From assembly GCA_028286615.1 (NCBI GenBank), contig JAQBRG010000004.1, positions 1 to 34,479 of the forward strand: DNA of 34,479 nucleotides, written 5' to 3'. The DNA is from Parcubacteria group bacterium. GTDB lineage: Bacteria; Patescibacteriota; Minisyncoccia; Phycocordibacterales; Phycocordibacteraceae. Under the pieces are notes generated by a model that worked only from the letters and a program-made list of their open reading frames with translations, had not been told where the DNA came from and made no database searches. Made by a program: the position numbers and the translations under genes. Of the stretch, positions 1 to 8,699 are shown piece after piece; positions within the stretch are counted from its first letter, which is position 1, and every line of letters starts with the position of its first letter.

Positions 1-640
<640 letters not shown>

Positions 641-746
641 ACCACTTAACGTTTTCTACTCTAGTGATTCTGCAATTCAAGCCGTTCGTACGGTATCAAT
701 GAAGACACCGCCGTATACGGCGTTGATACCTATTTACATATTCGTG

Positions 747-757
747 TGTCAAAGTCC
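747..757 (-). promoter_or_regulatory. boxA-like antitermination element in the rRNA leader
   Basis: GGACTTTGACA resembles boxA (GCTCTTTAACA) and lies between the promoter and the 23S 5' end. Confidence 0.45.
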
Positions 758-871
758 CCGTGTCGCTTCAAGAAAAAAGCCCCTCCCGGGGCGGTTGCAA
801 ACAAGCCAAGGGCTTGCCGCCTATCCGCTCCGTTTAGTAAGTAATTTCTTGTTCTTCAACACGTAAGGCGA

Positions 872-900
872 AGTATACGCGGGGCGTATTAGCCTGTCAA
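872..900 (-). promoter_or_regulatory. sigma70 promoter of the 23S rRNA gene
   Basis: TTGACA (900-895), 17 nt spacer, TATACT (877-872), just downstream of a terminator. Confidence 0.85.
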
Positions 901-916
901 ATAAAGCTAGAAATAA

Positions 917-949
917 GAAAACAGCCCCGCACGAGGCGGGGCTGTTTTC
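917..949. terminator. intrinsic terminator hairpin
   Basis: GAAAACAGCCCCGC-acgag-GCGGGGCTGTTTTC inverted repeat after the 966-1643 gene. Confidence 0.85.
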
Positions 950-965
950 AGTCAAAACGAGTGTT

Positions 966-1643
966 TTACTTGATCTCGTCCTGCATGCGCTCAATGTAGC
1001 GAGAGGCTGCCTGCTGGCCTCCGAGGCCAAAGGCTAGACCGAACGCTAGAGAGAAGGCTACAACTGCACCCGTAAAGAGAGTCTGTACGAGTGGAGAGAT
1101 GCCAAGACGGTCGAGAGCAGCAAGGATAGCAAAGATCCAGATTGCCCATCGAGCGATGGTTCCGAGCAAGTTAGCTGCGCGGAGATTAGCTGCACGTGCT
1201 GCGCCTGCTACAACGCGCTGCGTAGCGTCAGCAATGACGGCTGCAACGAGAAGGATAAGGACCGCAACGATAACCTGAGGGATGTAGTTAAGAACTACGC
1301 CTGTAAGGAAGGCTGTCACCTGCGTAAGGCCGAGCACGTCAAGAGACGCGACGAGGAATACGATGATGAAGAACCACTTCACAAGAGCGCCGAGGAATGC
1401 GCCGGAGTTTAGTTTGAATCCTGCACGAGTGAGGACCTTTTCAACGCCTGCGGAACGGAGTGCCTGATCAACCTTAAGAGAACCGATGACTTGCGCCACC
1501 AATCGTCCGAGGCCAGCTCCAACGAGCCAACCAACGATGAAGATGATGATCGCAACGAGTAAATTCGGGAGGAATGCGACGATGCCGTAGAACAAGTTCA
1601 TGAACGACTGTGTCAGCACATCTGCCCAGGTAGTGAGGAACAT
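966..1643 (-). CDS. TM-helix repeat membrane protein (CmpX / MscS transmembrane-like)
   Basis: Two repeats of the FLPNLLVAIIIFIVGW / YIPQVIVAVLILLVA type; C-terminal ALAFGLAFGLGG-like segment. Confidence 0.8.
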   Translation of the reverse strand: MFLTTWADVLTQSFMNLFYGIVAFLPNLLVAIIIFIVGWLVGAGLGRLVAQVIGSLKVDQALRSAGVEKVLTRAGFKLNSGAFLGALVKWFFIIVFLVASLDVLGLTQVTAFLTGVVLNYIPQVIVAVLILLVAAVIADATQRVVAGAARAANLRAANLLGTIARWAIWIFAILAALDRLGISPLVQTLFTGAVVAFSLAFGLAFGLGGQQAASRYIERMQDEIK

Positions 1644-1763
1644 AGGTGGTTACTTCTTTAACGTTTTCCAATAATTGTCGCGCAGGTTCTATCCTGCTTA
1701 ATGCTAAGTGTAGCAAGGTGCAGGCTTAGGAAATACCTAGGTGTGGATAGGGCTTTCTGAGCC

Positions 1764-2342
1764 TTAGGACTTGGTCATCCCCAGACGGTCAACAATCATG
1801 CGGTGAGGGTAGTCAAAGATGTCTCTCAAAAGACGGTCATAGACACCCAGGCGGTACCTAAACTCTTCTGTAGTGAAGCTGGCGTAGCGTAATTCGCGAC
1901 CCAATTCCGCCTCAAGAAAACGTATAGCCGAAGTGAGAGGCTTCTCTTCTAACTTGTCTCCAACAATAAGCATGTCTACCTTTGCTTCAAGGACACCTGT
2001 AAACATTCCTGAGAGCGCAACGAGACGTATGGTCCCAGCTTTCTTTAGCGCGGTTAACATGTCCGCATCACTTATATCCGTGGTAGTACGTAAGAATTCC
2101 TGTAGCTGGAAATAGTGCCTGAATCGTTTGTCTGCTGCATACCCCATGCCCTGTTTGCCGGATCTCTTTTTTATAATGCCTGCAGCTAAAAGTACGGAAA
2201 GTTCTTTTCGGACAGCATCCTTAGGAGTGCGGCTTCTAAATGCAGCGTCGGCTGAAGAAAAGGCCGTGTCGTCATTAAAGAAAAAGAGACGGAGGAGTTT
2301 GAGCCGATAGGGCGAGCCGATGAGTCGAGCAAGAGGATCCAT
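1764..2342 (-). CDS. winged-helix protein with a degenerate nucleotidyltransferase-like C-terminal domain
   Basis: N-terminal RLKLLRLFF...VRKELSVLLAAGII wHTH; C-terminal VALSGMF...VDMLIVGD; start at MDPL follows a TACAAT -10 element. Confidence 0.65.
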   Translation of the reverse strand: MDPLARLIGSPYRLKLLRLFFFNDDTAFSSADAAFRSRTPKDAVRKELSVLLAAGIIKKRSGKQGMGYAADKRFRHYFQLQEFLRTTTDISDADMLTALKKAGTIRLVALSGMFTGVLEAKVDMLIVGDKLEEKPLTSAIRFLEAELGRELRYASFTTEEFRYRLGVYDRLLRDIFDYPHRMIVDRLGMTKS

Positions 2343-2396
2343 GAACGTGGGGGCATTGTACCTGTCTTTATATAAGGTTCGCAAGGCTTGACGAAA

Positions 2397-2434
2397 TACA
2401 CAAAAACGCCCGCAGATGCGGGCGTTTTTGTGTA
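2397..2434. terminator. intrinsic terminator after rplL
   Basis: TACACAAAAACGCCCGCA-ga-TGCGGGCGTTTTTGTGTA. Confidence 0.9.
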
Positions 2435-2448
2435 CAAAGAGCCTTTAG

Positions 2449-2916
2449 TTACTTAAGGGTAACCTTGCCTCCTGCTTCCTCAAGCTTCTTCTTGAGGTCG
2501 TCTCCTTCTTCCTTAGAAACGTTCTCCTTCACAACTGAAGGGGCACCGTCCACAAGGTCCTTAGCCTCCTTGAGACCAAGACCGAGAATTTCCTTAACGG
2601 CCTTGATAACCTGGATCTTGTTTGCGCCTGCGTCAGAAAGCTCAACCGTAACGGTGCTCTTTCCTTCATCAGCACCTGCACCACCGGCTGCAGGACCTGC
2701 AACAGCAACTGCTGAAGCTGATACGCCAAACTTCTTCTCGAATACCTTCACGAGCTCAGAGAGCTCAAGAACGGTCATCTTCTCAACGGCTTCAACAATT
2801 GACTTGAATGCTGCAGGTACTTCTACCTCAGCAACAGGTGCAGCTGTCTCCGCTTTCTCAACAGGAGCTGCAGGAGTTTCCTCTACTGCTGCTTCTGGGT
2901 TTATTTCATCTGCCAT
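2449..2916 (-). CDS. rplL: 50S ribosomal protein bL12 (L7/L12) with N-terminal extension
   Basis: [48 protein letters not shown]. Confidence 0.98.
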   Translation of the reverse strand: MADEINPEAAVEETPAAPVEKAETAAPVAEVEVPAAFKSIVEAVEKMTVLELSELVKVFEKKFGVSASAVAVAGPAAGGAGADEGKSTVTVELSDAGANKIQVIKAVKEILGLGLKEAKDLVDGAPSVVKENVSKEEGDDLKKKLEEAGGKVTLK

Positions 2917-2940
2917 AGTATGTAGCTAAATGCTTGATAA

Positions 2941-3435
2941 TTATGCTGCTTTCTTCTCACTGATCTGGCCAAGTGCAATAACAAAGCTCTGAATAGGGCT
3001 GTTAAGCACGTTGACGAACATGCCACGAAGTACAGGTACTGGTGGGATGGTCGCAATTGCGTTCATCTTCGCAGCATCTGCAAAAGCACCTTCAAATACG
3101 CCGCCCATGATAGAGAGCGCACCCTTGTGCTTCTTGCCATGCTCATAGATCTGGCTTGCTGCGAGCGTTGCATCAGCATTGCTCCACACCATAGCGATCT
3201 CTCCAGGAAGACTTGGTTCGCTGCCTGTATAGCCCTTGCTTGCGAGTACACGGCTGAGGAGGGTCTTCTTAGCTACGTAGTAGCCAATTCCCTGCTCACG
3301 GAGTGTGCGACGCATAGCGGACGTGTCAGCTACCGTAAGTCCCTTGAAGTGCACGAAAACTACGGAGACCGCGTTCTCAAGTGCACTAGTGATCTTTTCA
3401 ACGATCTCTTGCTTCTTTTGCTTGGTAATTGCCAT
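2941..3435 (-). CDS. rplJ: 50S ribosomal protein uL10
   Basis: KQKKQEIV, GLTVADTSAMRRTLR, VAKKTL; adjacent to rplL. Confidence 0.96.
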   Translation of the reverse strand: MAITKQKKQEIVEKITSALENAVSVVFVHFKGLTVADTSAMRRTLREQGIGYYVAKKTLLSRVLASKGYTGSEPSLPGEIAMVWSNADATLAASQIYEHGKKHKGALSIMGGVFEGAFADAAKMNAIATIPPVPVLRGMFVNVLNSPIQSFVIALGQISEKKAA

Positions 3436-3588
3436 AGATAGAATGGTTCATGTACGAAACGGAAATAGTCCCGGTATTGGGACTATTTCGAAGGAGACGT
3501 TCGACCTACCTAAGCCGTAGCTTGGCAGTCGTCCCTCGGCGGGTCTTAGTGCTTCCTTAGAAGCTGCCTGCTGTCTTCGGTCCGTACT
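3436..3588 (-). promoter_or_regulatory. L10 leader (ribosomal protein autoregulatory RNA)
   Basis: Minus strand CCGAAGACAGCAGG...TAAGACCCGCCGAGG matches the L10-leader core; upstream promoter TTGCCG-17-TATAGT (3622-3594). Confidence 0.85.
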
Positions 3589-3627
3589 CAGGGACTATAC
3601 CCTAGCTTTTAAGCCGCGGCAACTGCG

Positions 3628-3732
3628 TTAGAAAGGTGCTGCAGAGGCAGCGATGCGCATAAAGAAGAGCGATGCAGCGAGGATAACTGCAAAGGCTCCT
3701 ACGAACTTAACGAAATGGAAGAAGTAGTTCAT
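3628..3732 (-). CDS. 34-aa small membrane protein (not in the ORF track)
   Basis: MNYFFHFVKFVGAFAVILAASLFFMRIAASAAPF*; one hydrophobic helix; TGaTATGCT -10 element 10 nt upstream. Confidence 0.6.
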   Translation of the reverse strand: MNYFFHFVKFVGAFAVILAASLFFMRIAASAAPF

Positions 3733-3750
3733 GCTTTTCAGCAGCATATC

Positions 3751-3784
3751 ATACAAAAAGCGCCCGTCTGGGCGCTTTTTGTAT
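3751..3784. terminator. intrinsic terminator
   Basis: ATACAAAAAGCGCCC-gtct-GGGCGCTTTTTGTAT. Confidence 0.9.
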
Positions 3785-3799
3785 CTTCCTTATCTGCTT

Positions 3800-5260
3800 C
3801 TACTGATGCGCTGCAACGTATGCACGCGTCTTAGGGCCGAAGTATCCAGCAACTGGAGTGATTCCTGCTGCAGTCTGGAGCTTCATGAGCGCTGCCTTGG
3901 TGAGAGCACCGAAGAGCATTGTCTCGCTTCCCTTTGAACCAGGGCCTGTCATTGCAACCATGTAGCCATGATTGTTGAGGTATACCTGGAGGGCCATTAC
4001 ATCTGCACCCGATACGCCGACTTCAAGATCCCGATTGAAGGAAGCCATCGGTGATGCATTTGAGGAACTGTTTCCTGTTGCTGCAGGACCTACTGGTGTA
4101 GTGACAGGAACATTGCCGTTAGAACTTGAGTTTGAGCCGCCCCCTCCTCCACCAGAAGAGTGATGTGAGCTACCGCCACCGCCACCTGAACTGCCGTTGC
4201 CCGGGGAAACCATGTCTACGTCATACGTGAATGAAGTTCCGGCGACAAGAGCTACACAGGTAACTTTAATGTTGTCTTCTGTGCATGTTGCGAAAGCATT
4301 TGCGTTCAATGCGAGTACGAGGTCTTCTACAAGTTCATTTGCAGAGAGGGAGGTTGCCCCGCGGACAACGTGCGCGACTCCGCCAAGCGTAATGGTGTAG
4401 TTGTAGTTACCGAGTGTGTTAGGCGTGAACGTAACTGTCTGTGCTACCGCTGCGCGGTTTGCGGCTGAAACCGTTGCAGTGAAAGGAGTTCCTGCCACGT
4501 CTGAGGTTACATCTACGCGAGTACCTGCATTTACTGCAGTTACAGCAGCAGCTACGGTTGAGTTCGCGTTGATAGCCGTAGTGATGCCGTAAGTTGCATC
4601 TGCAAGCGCACTGCTGGTTGCCGTAAAGCTAACCGTTGTGCCGTTAATAATCGTAGTGAATACGTCACCTTCTTCAATGGTTCCTGATGGTGTTACGCGC
4701 CATACCTGGGCTACTGGGACAGTACCTGAAGTGGTTGAACTTGAAGTGATGTCACCAGTAGTGCCGTCCGTGAAGGTAATTGGTGTCGCAGCAGTTTCTG
4801 CGTTGGTGGTCGTAACTATTACGTTAGTTGTTGCACCGGTAAAAGTAATTGACCCGTGTCCTGTATCAGTCGAGGTTGCAATAGAACGAATACGAGCGGC
4901 TACAAGTGTAGGTGTGCTGTCAGTTGTTATGTTAACTAACGCGTTGGTGTTAGAACAGTCTGTGTCCTGTGTACCTGCTGTGCTGAAAGTAATAACACAG
5001 GCACCAATAGTGACGGTTTCCGCGTTAGCAGGAACTGCACCAACTGCGAGTGTGCGTGTTGCCTTAACTCCGACAACGTTTGCTGTTGTTGATGTTGTTG
5101 CAACAGCTTGAGTAAGGTCACCCCCTACCGCCACGTTTGCGACTGTTTCGGCTGCTGTAAAATCTGAACTTGATGCGGCGTTGCTTGAGACCGGAGCGAC
5201 AACAACTGCCATAAGCAGAGCAGTCGAAGCAATCCAAGCTAGAGAACGTGAATATTTCAT
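3800..5260 (-). CDS. secreted Thr-rich surface protein with a C-terminal peptidoglycan-binding domain
   Basis: Signal peptide MKYSRSLAWIA...SNA; beta-rich repeats; Gly/Ser linker; RDLEVGVSGADVMALQVYL...GYFGPKTRA. Confidence 0.8.
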   Translation of the reverse strand: MKYSRSLAWIASTALLMAVVVAPVSSNAASSSDFTAAETVANVAVGGDLTQAVATTSTTANVVGVKATRTLAVGAVPANAETVTIGACVITFSTAGTQDTDCSNTNALVNITTDSTPTLVAARIRSIATSTDTGHGSITFTGATTNVIVTTTNAETAATPITFTDGTTGDITSSSTTSGTVPVAQVWRVTPSGTIEEGDVFTTIINGTTVSFTATSSALADATYGITTAINANSTVAAAVTAVNAGTRVDVTSDVAGTPFTATVSAANRAAVAQTVTFTPNTLGNYNYTITLGGVAHVVRGATSLSANELVEDLVLALNANAFATCTEDNIKVTCVALVAGTSFTYDVDMVSPGNGSSGGGGGSSHHSSGGGGGGSNSSSNGNVPVTTPVGPAATGNSSSNASPMASFNRDLEVGVSGADVMALQVYLNNHGYMVAMTGPGSKGSETMLFGALTKAALMKLQTAAGITPVAGYFGPKTRAYVAAHQ

Positions 5261-5332
5261 GGGATCTTTATAATTAATTAATGCTTTTATTAGCATACCA
5301 GCCGCTTCCCTATTCATCTGGGTTGTCCCCAA

Positions 5333-5367
5333 CGCAAAACCCCCGCACTTTCGTGCGGGGGTTTTGC
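5333..5367. terminator. intrinsic terminator
   Basis: GCAAAACCCCCGCAC-tttc-GTGCGGGGGTTTTGC. Confidence 0.9.
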
Positions 5368-5405
5368 TGAACTTAATCAGTTAGATCAAGGACAAGGACA
5401 AGTCC

Positions 5406-7295
5406 TTAGCCGTTGAGCTGCTCTGCGTCAGTTTCAAACTCAGAAATATCAGGTACTGAGTAGGTTGTGTCATTTCCGAATGACGTCGTTCCGTTTGTGT
5501 CGAAGCGGATTGCCTCGAGTTCTACGGAGTAGAAGTCAGACTGAACTGGGTCAATGCTTACATGGAGGGTGAAGGAACGAGTGTCACCTTCACGAACAAT
5601 GAAGTGCGTTGAAGTGTCTCCGTTGTCAGAATCGTTTGCAGTTACGATGTCGGTTGTACCAACTACCGTAGATGTTGCAGTCGTGCCCTGAACAACGTTG
5701 TAGAGAACACCTGCAGTTACCGTTGTTGTTGCGTTGTCAGCTGACTTGGCGATGTAAACCGTCTCGTCTACTGCTTCAACATCGAAGGTAACTTCGAAGT
5801 CACCCTGCTCACCACCGGTGGTCGTGTTGATCACGCGGGAGTCAGAAGTAGTTTGTCCGTTGATGACTGCGATACCCTGAGATACGAGGGAGAAGGTCTC
5901 ACCCTGTGCCGTACCAGAAACATCGCTGTTGTCACCGCTAGCATCGCCTTCAGCAGTTACGTTAGCAGCTGTGATTGCGAAGGATACGGTCTGGCTTGCG
6001 CCAATAACGTCGCTACCATTGAAGGTAACAGAGAGGCTTCCGTCAGTAACGTCGTTACCAGAGATGGTTGCGTCAATGCTATCGAAGTCAATAGTGTTGT
6101 CGTCGTTGATGTCTCCACGGAAGTCATCGCCGCCAATCGTAAGAGTTGCGGAACGGATGATGTCCGAAGTTGAAGTTGCAGTTGCTGAAGTTGAAGTTGC
6201 AACCGTAACCGTAAGGTCAGTGAGGAGTGCATCTGCATCATCATTGTTGTCAATTTCAAATCCGAGAACAGTGAAGTCATCTGACTCGTCCTGATCATCA
6301 ATGATCAAGGTGTCCGCATCAGGGTTGTCTGAGCTCTCACGAACTGTGAGGTCACCAGACTGCTGTGCGCCGAATCCGAAGGAAACGCTGTCAGATCCAT
6401 CACCGATGTACTGCTGAACGCCAGCAGCGTCGATTGCGCGAACTGCATCGTCTTCAACAGTGATGTCGAAGTCCTGTGCAAGATCGTCAGTATCGATGCT
6501 GTCGTTGATGTCAGCTGCAATAGTGATTGAAGCCTGGTCGCCTTCACGTACTACGTAGTTAAGACCTGTGAGAGAGACAGTGTAGGTCGTGGAGTTTCCA
6601 GAACCATTCTCATCCCAATCATCGCGGTTGTCAGTGTCCATGTCAGCAAGCTTCTTGCCGTTTGCCCATACTGAGATGTTATCAAAGTACTTTGATGGAC
6701 GCTGTTCTACGCCTGAAGTGTTGTTCGTAGGATCGAATGTAACTTCGATGCGCTGTACGTTTACGTCACCAGAGTCAACGTCGAATTCTGCTGTTGCGAG
6801 CTGAACCTCTGATTCACCCTCGTCTCCGGAAGTATCCTCCCCGATAAGGTTGAAGTCGTTAAGGTCAGCTTCACCGCCTGAAAGCGTTGTTGAGCCAGTT
6901 GTCGTAGTTCCACCAGTTGTTGTACCGGTAGTTGTTCCACCTGCTGCGTTTACCTTAGCGCGAGTGATCGGGCCAAAGTAACCTACTGCTGGTGCGATTG
7001 CATTAGCAGCCTGGTAAGCAGCTAGAGCAGCCTTGGTCTGCATACCGAAGTATCCAGTTGCTCCTGCAGGAATTGAAAATCCCTTAGCAATGAGCCAAGC
7101 CTGAAGAGCTGTAACGTCAGCACCTGTAGAACCGATCGTAAGATCACGAGAGAACGTAGCTGAAGTAGTCGTGGTGGTCGTAGTAGTCGTCTGAGCCTTC
7201 GCTGGTGCGTAAGCTGCAAATGACATAGCTACGAGGCCGAGACCTGCAACAACTGCCGCAATCTTCGCAATCACGTTTGTGTTTGCAATTTGCAT
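5406..7295 (-). CDS. S-layer-like acidic surface protein with an N-terminal peptidoglycan-binding domain
   Basis: Signal peptide (MQIANT...AKA); FSRDLTIGSTGADVTALQAWL...GYFGPITRAKV; very D/T-rich beta-strand body. Confidence 0.8.
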   Translation of the reverse strand: MQIANTNVIAKIAAVVAGLGLVAMSFAAYAPAKAQTTTTTTTTTSATFSRDLTIGSTGADVTALQAWLIAKGFSIPAGATGYFGMQTKAALAAYQAANAIAPAVGYFGPITRAKVNAAGGTTTGTTTGGTTTTGSTTLSGGEADLNDFNLIGEDTSGDEGESEVQLATAEFDVDSGDVNVQRIEVTFDPTNNTSGVEQRPSKYFDNISVWANGKKLADMDTDNRDDWDENGSGNSTTYTVSLTGLNYVVREGDQASITIAADINDSIDTDDLAQDFDITVEDDAVRAIDAAGVQQYIGDGSDSVSFGFGAQQSGDLTVRESSDNPDADTLIIDDQDESDDFTVLGFEIDNNDDADALLTDLTVTVATSTSATATSTSDIIRSATLTIGGDDFRGDINDDNTIDFDSIDATISGNDVTDGSLSVTFNGSDVIGASQTVSFAITAANVTAEGDASGDNSDVSGTAQGETFSLVSQGIAVINGQTTSDSRVINTTTGGEQGDFEVTFDVEAVDETVYIAKSADNATTTVTAGVLYNVVQGTTATSTVVGTTDIVTANDSDNGDTSTHFIVREGDTRSFTLHVSIDPVQSDFYSVELEAIRFDTNGTTSFGNDTTYSVPDISEFETDAEQLNG

Positions 7296-7671
7296 GGTAA
7301 TTCTTTCTAAATTAATTGAAGCACGTGAGCAGTGCGTTTTAGTAAGGTGCACTCCCGCACGTACCTTTTGCTAGCTTTGTAAGTACGAACATTTTTCCTT
7401 TACTACCTGACAGAGCGTGCTATCGACGCGGTGCCCCATCAGTTAGCTGGCAAGTTCTTCTATCTTTCTGTCATTCAGCCGTGTCTGTCCTTTGCTTCCG
7501 TTCTGAACTCGTCTCACATATAGACGAGCCGGCATGCAGCTTCTTACGGCTGCAGGCCTGAGAGTATAAGCCCTATTCCTTTATCAAGGATCCGGCGGTT
7601 CAGTAATGCGCACCAGTTCGTTCCGGTAGACACCAGTATACGAGCTGCAGCCTGCATTCTGCCTTAAGCAA

Positions 7672-7680
7672 TGTGGATAA
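7672..7680 (-). promoter_or_regulatory. perfect DnaA box
   Basis: TGTGGATAA, which reads TTATCCACA on the minus strand; intergenic. Confidence 0.55.
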
Positions 7681-7700
7681 CTCATGAAGAGCAGGAACGC

Positions 7701-7727
7701 AAAAGGGGCCGTTTCCGGCCTTTTTTC
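7701..7727. terminator. intrinsic terminator
   Basis: AAAAGGGGCC-gtttcc-GGCCTTTTTT. Confidence 0.75.
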
Positions 7728-7796
7728 TGTTCCCTGTTAATACACGGCTACCACCCCAGAAGTATATGCTAAAGATGAAGAATGTCAATGAAGCAT

Positions 7797-8561
7797 TCAG
7801 GTAAGGGAGTAGGTAGTCCAACGGCGTTCTCCTGAGCGGGAAACAGTACCTTCCTCTACCAAGGATGAGAGTTCCCGCTGAATAGTCTTCTCACTTACGT
7901 CCCGAATAACCGTAGATATATCCTTTATATAGACAGGACCTTTTGAACGAAGAACATCGAGAATTGCCTGACGGCGACCTGACGCTTGAGTGCTGTCTTT
8001 TATCTGTCCTTTACCATGTCCCTTAGACTCTACCCTTTCGGTTGGTGTTGTCCTAGAGCGTGGCTCCTGCTGTATGCGTGCTGCCGCAACTGAAGACTTG
8101 GCCAGGCTTGCAAGAGTGGGGGCATCGTCCATAAATATGCGTGGCTCTTCGTACGCAGCAATTTCCTGAAGAAGCTGGTGTGCTTCATGCGCAATCAGAT
8201 CCGCGTTCATATTGGAAAGCATGCCTCCTGTGCGGGCGATTGAAAGCACGCTTGAAAGTGCGAGCAGTTCTCTTGAAAGACCTTCGCGTGCAGCATGCGG
8301 AGGAAGAATCGCAGCATCAACAAGACCTACAGCAACGAGGTCCATTCGGTTCCGAAGTGCGGGGGCATTCCGGAATGCGGGAGTTATGAGATGAATCGCT
8401 TTGGCAAGGCGTTCTGCCTTTTTGTAGATGTAGACCCTTTGTATGTCTTTTTCAAATATGTTTGAAAATATACCTTTATCTAGGACGAAACTGTCTAAGC
8501 TCGCGCTGTTTCCTTGCGTTCTTAGTGACTGACTGTCCTTGTTTTGTCCTATATCGGCCAT
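7797..8561 (-). CDS. four-helix-bundle plus C-terminal DeoR-type wHTH protein
   Basis: N-terminal YKKAERLAKAIHLIT...LRNRM helical bundle; C-terminal RRQAILDVL...IKDI...VSEKTIQRELSSLVEEG.V.R.GERRW. Confidence 0.8.
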   Translation of the reverse strand: MADIGQNKDSQSLRTQGNSASLDSFVLDKGIFSNIFEKDIQRVYIYKKAERLAKAIHLITPAFRNAPALRNRMDLVAVGLVDAAILPPHAAREGLSRELLALSSVLSIARTGGMLSNMNADLIAHEAHQLLQEIAAYEEPRIFMDDAPTLASLAKSSVAAARIQQEPRSRTTPTERVESKGHGKGQIKDSTQASGRRQAILDVLRSKGPVYIKDISTVIRDVSEKTIQRELSSLVEEGTVSRSGERRWTTYSLT

Positions 8562-8699
8562 TGGGTTGTATTAGACATTTCGTCTGTAAGACAAAAGAAG
8601 TATAGGTCCTTTAGGACACCCTCGCAACCAGCCTCGCTCTTTGTATTCTTTCAATGCTTTCATTCATGAAGTTCCTGCAAGTGGTGTAAAATATAAGGA

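Noticed and set aside
4135-4200. Low-complexity GGC/GGT runs, and the ACN run at 7160-7190
   Set aside because: They encode Gly/Ser and Thr linkers in surface proteins and are not independent DNA repeats
7600-7700. Replication origin at the DnaA box
   Set aside because: Only one perfect box, no AT-rich unwinding element, no dnaA/dnaN, and no switch in gene orientation
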